DNA from: a virus
Taxonomy: Duplodnaviria; Caudoviricetes
Length of the DNA stretch: 39,925 bases
IMG/VR virus record: IMGVR_UViG_3300034375_003668
Span: 1-39,925 of that record
Reading direction: 5' to 3' (one strand)
Shown: in pieces, positions 23,223 to 33,700 of the stretch
Numbering within the stretch: the stretch's first letter is position 1
How the letters are laid out: each line of letters begins with the position of its first letter
Program-made: the position numbers and the translations under genes
The notes under the pieces: generated by a model
Told to the model about the DNA's origin: nothing
Databases searched by the model: none
The model's input: the letters and a program-made list of their open reading frames with translations, nothing else

Positions 23223-24287
23223 TTAAAATATTATATAGTTTACACCAAGTTTAAAGTCATACCACTCTCTGTTCCAATATTTGTGGTATTTACCTTCTAC
23301 AAAAGTACCTAAATGTTTTGTAATTTTCAAACCAAATATCAGACCGCCAGAGTAGTCATACCACTGTTCTCCATTGTTGAAGTTGTGGTAAGAATATTGG
23401 CTTCCGTCATCATAGTGATAAGGAATAAAGTTACCCCAAGAGTGTAGCCAAAAGTTTTTAGTATAGGTGTAGTAATCAAACCCTAAAACTATAGAGTTAA
23501 CCCATTGATTATCAAGCTCATTTCTTTTTCTTTCAGCATAATCCGATAGCACCTGTGGTATTACTATCTCCTTCCAGACATCAGAGCTTGTAGCTACTAT
23601 GTCTCCATCTGGATTCATATATTGGTTATCGTAAACGTCTATACTATATCCTTCCTCAATCGCCAACTGAGTGTAGTGTAGGTTTCCATTAGAAAGAATC
23701 CAATCAGCTAAAGGGTCGTAACCGTAAGGTTCTGAAAGCCTCTGTATTGCTCCTATGTTAAAGGATAATTTCTTTTTACCTCTAACTCTAAATCTTTGAG
23801 TAACCTCAAAATACTCTACATCTGCAAAACCATCCAAAACGTACTCAGCTTTAGCAAGCCAAGAGTTTTCTACGTATCTTATAAAGTGTGTCTGGTCTAT
23901 ATACTCTATACCTTCCTGTCTTCTGTAGTCTATTTCAAATAAATACTCAAAAGGAGATAAGCCAATAGTAGCAGCGTCACTGTATGTCGTTTCAGTACCA
24001 TCTTTAAACGGACTAGTAGCTTCATACTGGAACCTTTTAATTTTTCTAATACCTGCTGTAAGTGAGTAATCATAAGGGGTTTCTATTATGTCTTTAGATA
24101 ATTGGTCTGCAACAGAAAAAACATCCCTATCAGAAAGAGATGTTCCACCATTTGCGGCTACGTAAAATGTAGAGAACTTTACAGCCTTCTTAATCCCCTG
24201 TCCAAAAGCAGAGGTAGATACTAAAATAAGTGATAGTATATATACAAAAAATAGTACCTTAAATATATAAGTTATAGCTCGTATCAT
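23223..24287 (-). CDS. exported protein, probable outer-membrane beta-barrel
   Basis: Signal peptide AFG|Q; aromatic alternating strands; C-terminal FKLGVNYIIF beta-signal-like end. Confidence 0.7.
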   Translation of the reverse strand: MIRAITYIFKVLFFVYILSLILVSTSAFGQGIKKAVKFSTFYVAANGGTSLSDRDVFSVADQLSKDIIETPYDYSLTAGIRKIKRFQYEATSPFKDGTETTYSDAATIGLSPFEYLFEIDYRRQEGIEYIDQTHFIRYVENSWLAKAEYVLDGFADVEYFEVTQRFRVRGKKKLSFNIGAIQRLSEPYGYDPLADWILSNGNLHYTQLAIEEGYSIDVYDNQYMNPDGDIVATSSDVWKEIVIPQVLSDYAERKRNELDNQWVNSIVLGFDYYTYTKNFWLHSWGNFIPYHYDDGSQYSYHNFNNGEQWYDYSGGLIFGLKITKHLGTFVEGKYHKYWNREWYDFKLGVNYIIF

Positions 24288-24302
24288 TTTAAAATAAAAG
24301 AA

Positions 24303-24695
24303 TTAGATTCTTCTATAGCAAATAACTAAGCCAGAGTTCACAACAACCTTTGTAAATGGAAGGTATATGATGTGACCCTTTAATAACGTGGCACTCTGTA
24401 GGTTAGATGTAGCACCGTCAACCATAGTGTTAACTGTGTTAGCAGAACCACCACTAGGGGTGTAAGATTCTACAGGAGTTCCGTCAGGATTTAAGGTTTG
24501 TAGTGTAATGTCATCTGAAGCACCAGTCGCACCTTTGATTGTTGTTTTAATAACAGTCGTGTCTAGGGTTAACGTAGTGAATGTGGTGTCTTCAATTGCC
24601 TGAATAGCAAGACCCTTGATATTATCTACTGTATCTCCATCGTGAAGTATAACAGCTCCAGCATATCCCAATGCTTCTTGTTCAAATTTACTCAT
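24303..24695 (-). CDS. hypothetical (probable structural) protein
   Basis: ORF track; first gene after promoter 24718-24749. Confidence 0.75.
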   Translation of the reverse strand: MSKFEQEALGYAGAVILHDGDTVDNIKGLAIQAIEDTTFTTLTLDTTVIKTTIKGATGASDDITLQTLNPDGTPVESYTPSGGSANTVNTMVDGATSNLQSATLLKGHIIYLPFTKVVVNSGLVICYRRI

Positions 24696-24717
24696 TTTTA
24701 AAAGTGTTTATAGTGTA

Positions 24718-24749
24718 CAAAAATACTATTTTTAATTCATTAATACAAT
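24718..24749 (-). promoter_or_regulatory. Bacteroidota-type promoter (ATTG-N20-TATTTTTG)
   Basis: -7 element at 24718-24725; -33-like ATTG at 24746-24749; GCATATGC array immediately upstream. Confidence 0.55.
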
Positions 24750-24751
24750 TA

Positions 24752-24794
24752 ATATATTCATGGCATATGCTAATAGCACATGCTCAAGCATTAA
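24752..24794 (-). repeat. GCATATGC/TGCT..AGCA array, copy C
   Basis: atatattcatggcatatgctaatagcacatgctcaagcattaa. Confidence 0.8.
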
Positions 24795-27700
24795 TAGTTA
24801 AACCAAACCCCAGTGCTACTTCCTAAATAAAGCTCTCTTCGAACCTGTTTAGGTAATAAAATTTTAGGGCTATTAATCATTTTCTTTATTTCAGAGTTAG
24901 GAACCCCTAACATTCTAGCGGAGTCAATTAAGTCTTTCACATAAGAAACCTCTTCGTTTAGATTGTTTATCGAGCTTCTATACTGCTCTGCACTTCTGTC
25001 TTTGTAGGTCAAGCTTCTTTCTCCTGAAATTTTTCCAGATAAGTTTTCTAGCTCTCTTCTAATTTTAAACCTTGGGTCTGATTTAGATTCTCTAACACCA
25101 GTAAGCATGCTTTTCATGGTCTTAATTTTATCCTCAGACTTTGCAACTTTATCTATTTGAGTAACAAATCCTGGCAACAAAACATCCATCTCTGATAATA
25201 GTTTAGAAACCTTAACGTCATCAGTTAAAGCAGGGTCAGAAAGTATGTCTCTGATTTGTAGGGTAGCATCTGTACCCATACTTAATCCAAGATAAGAGCC
25301 TATATAGTTTCCTATACTTTTGCTAATCGCAATAGCTAAAGACTCGTCACCATAATCTGGGTCAGATAATAAATCTATAGATGTAAGAACCTCCTCTAAG
25401 TCAGAGTGTGGGTCAACAGCACCAACGTTGGTGTATTCAAATGTTCCGTCAGGATTTATCTTTGTTACATTCAGAGAGCCAAACTCATCATACTCTGGCA
25501 AGAACTTTCTACAAGCTAATATTTTTCTCTTCTCTTCTTCATCCTCTCCTCCAAACAATCCTAAGAAAGCGTTAGAAGCAAACCCTCCAATAAGCTTAAA
25601 CGCAGCAGTTTTTAAACCTAAGTAGCCAATAGTTGAAGCCATCCTTTTAGCTCCCTGAACTCTAAGGTCTGGGTCCATCATATCACTTTTAGCAATAAGG
25701 ATACTATTCTTCATTGTTCTTATAGACTCGTATTTAAACGACAAGAAGTCTCCTAAGAAAGGAACTCTTCTAATATACTCAATACCCTTTCCAACTCTAG
25801 AGTATGTAGGATAAGTATTCTTTACTCTTTCAGCAACGAAGTCATCTATCTCAGCTTCAGTCATGCCCTTCTTTCTTAAGGCAGACTCGTATCTGTTACG
25901 CTCCATTGCAAATGCGTAAATCTTAAACATGTCATCCTCAGCCTGATACAAGTCTTGAGCCTTTTTTCTGCTCATATCTATACCTTTCTTCCCCTTACTC
26001 ATCATCATCTTCAACCTGTTGTTTTCATTTGACTGGTATCCATCCATATTTTTAGAAAAGTAGTAGTCGAAGTCACCATTCTGAGATAAATCTATAATAT
26101 CATTAACAGAAACGTTTTGTCTAATAACACCAAGAGCTGTAAGCTTTTGTATTTGCTGCTCAACCTCTTGTCTATCCTGGTCTGTAAGAACTTTTTTCGC
26201 ACCAAGAAGCTTAGCCATTTTAGAGTCTAAAATGTTAAGGTCATACATGACGGTTCTTATAGAGTTTCCGCCTGCTTTTGGGCTTGTAAATCCTATATGA
26301 CCATTCATCATTATGAATCCTAAGTTACCAATAACATTTCTCGCATGAGTCATTGGAGATAAAGTAGTTTTACTCTCTCTAGTCCAGCTCACAAAATCAA
26401 ATACTTTCTGTAAAAGAACTCCTCTTTGTTGAGGACTTGTAACATCTTGTATTTCAGCAAGAACCACAGGGTCTATATACATTCCATTCAAGGGGGCTAA
26501 AGCACTATTAGATTCAGCAGCTATTCTAACAGCATCCCCTGGTCTATTAGGGTCGTTGGGTTGATATATAAAATCGTTCATCCCAACTTCTTTTAATTTT
26601 TTAAGAAGTTTTTGTTGCTCAATTAGTGAAAACACCTTCATAACAGTGTTAGCGTAATTGTACATTGGGTCATTATATTCTCCCATCAAAGCTCTAAGTT
26701 CTGGAGATATTTCTTTTCTTTTCTTTAATACATTAGAATCCTTTGTTGATAAAGCACCAGCAACACCTAAGAAAGAAACCTCTTCTTTATTTAATATGCT
26801 ATCAACAACATTAAGCAATTCATTTTCAAAAGATTCAGTTAACTTTCCATCTTTATTGTTTAAGATGTCGACAATTTCAGACCTTTGTGATTCGTAATCT
26901 TCTTTGGTTATTTGACCATTTTGATATTGCTGATTTACTCTAGTCAACTCTCCTTCGTAAAAGTCCATCAACCTTTCATATATTTGATTAGACTGCTCTC
27001 TTCTAAGGTAATTTATTGCGTTGTTAAGTATAGCAGACTTGTTAGGGTCTTTAGCAAAAGCCTCTCTAATTTCTGGACCAGTCTTACCGCTAAACGCAGG
27101 GTCGTCATATATTGCATAAGAACGTGTTAAATAAGAACCAAGGTTGTCTTCAATCTTAAGCTTAATTTCATCTTGAGTAAATCCAGACTCTATAAGCTGT
27201 GATGACAACCCGTCTATTTGATTTCTCATAGACTCAACAGTCTCAGACACTTCTACACCATACATATTTGTTAGTTCACCAAATGTAATCTCACCTCTTA
27301 ATGCCTTCTCAATATCTTTTATTGTTTCAGCATAATTAGGATTATCCATTGTCATAGAGCCCTCAACAATACCCTTTAAGTATTTGTTTAATTTTCTTTG
27401 AGTAAACTGAACATCAGCAATCATAGACCTTACATTCTGACCCTTCTCCTCTATAAGAGTATAAACCTCTTTTCTTAACTGACCTTGAGGCGTAAATAAA
27501 TTTGCAAAATAATTTCCTGCATTTTTTAGTTTATCAGTAATACCCTGCCAAATAGAAACATCTTCATTAGAACTAACAAGCTTATTTTGTCTTGGAGCTT
27601 CTTGCTCTTTAACAAAGTTATTTTTAATGCTATCCTTCATCAAGGCATCAAAGGCTGCACTAATATCGTTCAAGTCGTAACCTTTATTCGAAAAGGCTTC

Positions 27701-30700
27701 TAGTATTTGACCCTTAGTAAATCCTTGCTCAACTAAATTAGACACTACCTTTTTAATATCAGATTGAGTAGGTTTAGAAAACTTAGCCGTGCTGTAGTCT
27801 TTAGAGTATACTGACTTAGCCTGGTTGGGGTCGAATATAGCAATGTTCTTGCGACCTCCTTCTCCTACATACATAGAATCATATCCAAGTGATTTTATTT
27901 TATCACCAAAAGGCTCTAAGTATCCCCAGTTGTTACGTGTGTTATTCGATATAATTATAGCAATATTAGACCTACTGTTTTTGCTTGGGTCGATACCCTG
28001 ACTTATAGCAAACAACTCAACATCCATCTTACTTAAAGAATTGATAAGTCTACTTAAGTGACTTGGATTCTCATAATCAAAAGGATTTTGCACGCTTATA
28101 TATGCAGGCATTACGTTGGGTAAAACAGAGTCCCCTCTAACCTTTTCTGCTGCTGATGGCTCTGTATATTTATTAGCGAACTCTGGGTCAGGACTAAAAA
28201 ACATAGCACCAACAAGCTGTGATGTTCTACCCATATCAAAGTTGTCAAACACACGAGTTGTTCCATGATAGTAAACCTGTGGAGCACCCTCTTCATTTAC
28301 TGCTTTAGAATCTTTAAACCAATCATCAAAACCTTTTCTGTCCTCTTTAAGTGCTGTTATAATAGACTTATCTATAGGTATTATTTCGTAAGCATCTTTT
28401 AATTTTTCTGAGTGTTTTAATTCTGGTTTTGTAGTAACGATAGCATCATAACCCTGCTCCTGCAATTCTTTGATTTGTGAAGCCGAATATATTTTAGGTT
28501 TTTTTTGATAAAAAGGTTTCTTTGGATTTATTTTTGCTGAAAACTTTCTACCTCCATACCCCTTAAAGGCAGTTGAAGAAGGTGTGAAAAATACTAAATT
28601 ACCAACCTTGTCGACTCCGCTTGGCATTTTTTCACCAGTCTCAAAATCTAAGTCCTTCATTATATTGCTACCATCATTCGTGTTTCTATAAAATGTGGTA
28701 ATAACATTTTCTGTTTCTGAAGCAAAACTAAATCTAGGTTTTATTTTTTCCTGCGCTTGCTTTACGCCAAGCTCCATTACCTTGCTGATTATTTGTTCAC
28801 TGCTTGAAAATAAATCTGTCTCAAACTCTCTAGATGTTTCAGCAAGAATATATTGTGCGTGAGAAACAACTATAGAATTTTTTATGTCTCCAAAATCAAT
28901 AACATCTTCATTTAGTTGTTCTTGAGTCATATTCATTCTATCCTGAACAATCCTTGCTTCTTGCTCTCCAAATAAATTTTGGTAAGCTTCAAATGTTTTC
29001 TTGTATTTTTCTTCCTTTGTTTTTGTGTCATCCGCAACATACTCTCTTAGGGCTGCATCAAATATAGAAACCATTTCCATGTTCCCACCTTTCGAAACAC
29101 TAGCAAGCCCTTGTGCTACATGTTGCTGTTCGTGAACAAAGGTGCTTTTTATTTCTTCAAAAAGATTATTATAAAAAACCTCTTTCCTTTCTTCAACAGT
29201 TGCAGCCTCAGCCTCCATCATCATAAGCTCTGCCTCTGCGTATGCTTTGTTTTCAGGTACAATTGTTAATCTATCAAAAGTATTTTCTAAAAAAGGATGA
29301 GTTTTTTTAATTTTATCTTGAATATCTAATATTTCTGCTACTATTTCAAAATATTTATTAACATCTTCTCTTGCATCACTATCCTTTACAGAATCTCTTT
29401 GTTTAAGCAATGCTCTAACTTCAGCGACTTCTTGTGAAAAAATTGCTGAAAGGTACATAGCCTTGTATTTATCCGAAGATACTAAAGGATTTACGCTTAT
29501 GTCATTTGTTATCTTATTTAAACCTATTCCATCAGCAAAGTCATCAATCATGCTGACTAACTCGCTTCTATCTTTATCACTAATCTCTAAGCTTTCATTA
29601 TCTAATAAAGCAGCAGCGTCAACTATATGTCTTGGCATTATTGTTTTTACAGCTCCTTTACTAGTGCCGCTACCCTCAAAAAGATTAAAATCTACATTGA
29701 TGTTTTTTATTTCTGGATAAAACTCTGCCAAAACATTACCATCAAATAATGATGAAATTTTATCAGAAAACTCTAATAGACTTTCGTTTCCTCTTGCAAA
29801 AAATAATTCAAAGCTATCAATAATATCTGATTTTACTTTTGGATTAAAATTTAAATCTGCATCAGAAACCTCAAATCTCCAGAACCCATCAGGACCTTGA
29901 GACCACCCAGTAGCTTTTGCTATTAATTTAGCATCCATTCCTTCCTGAACATAATTCTTAGCCTCTCTTAGAGACTCTAGTATTCTAGATTGAACAACAG
30001 CTTCGTTGTTAGGGTCTAATCCGTTATCGTATACAAAAGAAAATAAAGCTTTTAGTTTAGGGTCTGAATCTATCTCTTTTAACTCTTCTGCTGTTATGTC
30101 AGAAATAGTTTCTCCAGATGTTAATCTTCCAGCAACAAAGTCTGTGTACTGCCCCAAGGTTAGGTTCACAGGAATACCCTTGTTTTTGATTATATCAAAT
30201 AACTTCTTTAACCAAGCCTGGAATCCTTCTCTCTTATTCTGCTCCAACAAAGCACCCTTCTCACCAATAGCCTGAGCGAGAGCCTCTTCTAATATCCCCT
30301 CTTCGCTAAGGTTACTATAGTTAGGGCTGTTTCTAACATCCTGCTCATACTTAGTTCCCTTAACCAATTCTAAACCTTTCTTGTATAGTTCTGGCTCGTA
30401 CTTCTTAGCATAAGAATTGAATATGTGAGCCATCTCGTGGATAGGAGTATCCATGGTAATATTATCTGCTACTAAATAAACCTTTCCACCATAAGCAAAA
30501 CCTTTTGATTTTCCTGCGTTAGTGCCAGGAAGTATGGACTCCGCTTGTTTGCTATTAATTATAGCGATTGGAGCATTAGGGAAAGCGTTTTGTAATCTAT
30601 CTACTAAGTGCTGTAATCCTTTTCCTTTTAAAGACGTTTTAGACAAAGCAGACATTTCTATTTGCTCTTCAATCTTTTCAATGTCAGTTTTATTCTCCTC

Positions 30701-33700
30701 CTCTATCCTAACTTCTTCATCAGTCTTTTCTATCTTCTCACTTATTTCTTGCTCAGTAACAGTTTCTATACCGTACTGAATCGTTTCAATATCTTGTTCA
30801 AATATTGGGTTAACCTCTTCGTGCTTTTCAATAGCTAAGTCCATGACTAAAGTAGGGTCTACAACGGTCATGTTGGTGTCTCCAAACTTTAATTGTACAG
30901 AAGCAGGTCTGTCAAACTCATCCATCTCTACATTTTCAATGGATATTTCATTAGGATTATTTGTTCCTAAATCTATACGTTGACTTCTAGTTCCACTTTC
31001 TCGGTCTACAACCTCAATGAATACTCCGTCATTATCTTGGTTAATAACGGCTACACTTCCCTCTGGAAGCTCTAAGCCTTCAACCTGAACTATCCTTCCA
31101 ACGAGCCTTTCTCTTGCTGGTCTGACTTGTTTTGAGTATTCTGAGACTCTTTTCTTAATCGCACCTCTCTCAGCGTACGTTCCAACTTTGGTTTCGACAA
31201 CTGTGACAGTCTTAGTAGTAATGATGTTTTCATAATTATCAATGGTATTTTCAACAAGCTCAAGATATTGTGCTACAATATTTTTTCCTTGCTGAGTTAT
31301 ATTAGAATTTATTACCTGGTCAAATATTTGGTCTAGATATTTTTTAGCGTCATCAATATCTTTCTCTGTAAGGTCTTCTTGATTTTCAATCTTAGCAAGA
31401 ATATTGTCAAGCTCTACATCTAAGTTGTTAAGGACTAAGTCTTGGAAAGGAGTATCAAGAACTCTTCTTTGAGCCTCAACATCAGTCATCAACTCAACAG
31501 GAAGCAGACCAGCTTTTTGCGGAGCGTAAGGTCTCATAGACAAAGGAACAAATCCAGCCTCTCCCTTCTTTGGTATTTTTCCATCTTCATTTCTAAGATG
31601 AGAGCCAAAGTTGTTATAACTATTTTGACCCATAGTTTCTGAGAATAAAGCTCTCTGAGCTAAAGGGCTGTAAGTTTTTGCGTGACCAAGATAAGCATTT
31701 GTTTGACCTAGTGGTCCAAACTGAAATCCATGAGCAGCGTGACCAGCCATATCATGAACAGCTCTAAACATATCATTAAATGATAGCTCATACCCATCAA
31801 CAACAATTCCTGTTTTTTCTAATAGTGGGTGGTCCACAGAAGCGTCACCAGTTTCAAACTCATTCTCAGTAGGTGAAAACTTAAGGGTCTTATTATCAGC
31901 AACATCATCAGCCATTTCCTTAGAAGTACCATAAGCCTGACCTTCTTTTTGAGGTATAAACTTAAACCCTAAGGATTGGAAGTGTTCAAACTGCTCTTTT
32001 GTTTCTCGCTTAAAAGCATCGTATGCTTGCTTAACCTCTGTATCATTAGGGTTGCTTTGCATTGCCTCGTAAGCATCAGCTATAGCAATTCCCTTCTGAA
32101 TGCTTATTGGTTGAAGAGCCTGCTTTTTACTAAACTTTCTACCAATCTTTTCTCCAAAGCTTTGTATTGCATCTAAAACAACACCCTTACTTGGGTTAAC
32201 TATTGACTTAAGCTTAGCATCATACTGCTCTTGAGTTATTTCACCAGATATGTATTGTTGATTTAACTGAGATAGTTTAGGAGCCTTTTCTACATTTAGG
32301 TTCTCAACTCTTTCATTAAAAAATAATCTTGGTGACTTAGAGTTTATGATGGCATTTATTTCTTTATCAATCTGATTTACAGTTGTTTCATATTGCTTTC
32401 CAAATACAGCATCAGAAGACTTTTGCTCCTTCAAGGCTTTGTTCTTAAGTAACTGTAACTCAAGTATTTGACTTTCCATTGCTGGGGTATACTTTCCTTC
32501 TGGTAGCTTAGAGAATAAATCTTTAGCCTCAATAATTGACTCTTTAGCACTATCAGCAGCGTCTTGCTCTATAGTTCCATCCTCAACCATCATATCAAGT
32601 TTCTGAAACATCTTGCCTTGGTCTTTATTTTTAGCCGCAGTATATAAAGCGTTTGATTCTAGGGTAGAAATTTTTTGAGATGAAGTTTGAGTTTTTCCAG
32701 CTAAAGCCCCCGTACTTAAAGTTGTCAATATGACGGTTTCCAAAAGCTCCTCTTTACTTATCTCCACATCAAAATAATCATTGCCTAATATAGAGTTAGC
32801 TGAAGCCTTAACAACTCTGTCAGCAACTGTTTGAGAAATCTCCTGTATGTTTTCTTTTTTTATTTCAGTAGAAACATTTCTAGCAATAACCCTAGCAACG
32901 TCACCTCTTGTTGCTTTACCCTTTGCTAGTATTTTTAAATAATCTTTTGCTATTTTTTTCTTTACAGCACCATCGAATATAGCATCTCCAGGACTTAAGT
33001 TTTCCAACGAACCTATAATTGCAGCACCAGCCATAGCAAATTTACCAGCATCATCTTTAGACATGCCCTGCTCAACAGCTTCATTATAAAGACTGTTGTG
33101 TTCAAAAACATAACCAGCAGAGGTAAGACCAGCAATTTTGTTAAACTTATTGAACTTGCTTAAAGCAGATAAGGATTTTGTAGCAAACTGACCACCATAT
33201 ATTAAAGCAGCCATATCAACAGATGTGTCTACAAACTTTGTAAATAAAATATCATCATTTACTTCCGTAACTTCTTTTGGTCTTTCATCTTCAGGAATGC
33301 TTAAAAAATCAGCAATAACCTTTTTAGATGTCATTGTATTTCTAACCTTATAACCATCCTTATCTCTAACCTGAACAACTTCTCCATTATCATCTAAGGT
33401 TAATCTAAAATCTGAAAAAGGAACAACCTTCTCAACCAAAGCTCTTTCATTGCTAGAAGACTGAACTTGATTATCTTCCAGATTGTATTCAACCAAATCT
33501 CCAAGTTTTTCTAAAACGTCATAGTCATCACCAGCAGTAGCTGTTCTACCAAGAGTTAATAAGCTTTCAGCATACTGAGAGCCCTTCCTGTTTACATAAT
33601 TCAAAACAGACTTAACAGTAGCCCCAACATCTCCTTTAAGCCTCTCCCTTCTAGTAATGTCTAACTCTATTTGTTTATCCTCAAGCTCTTGTTTTCTTTT

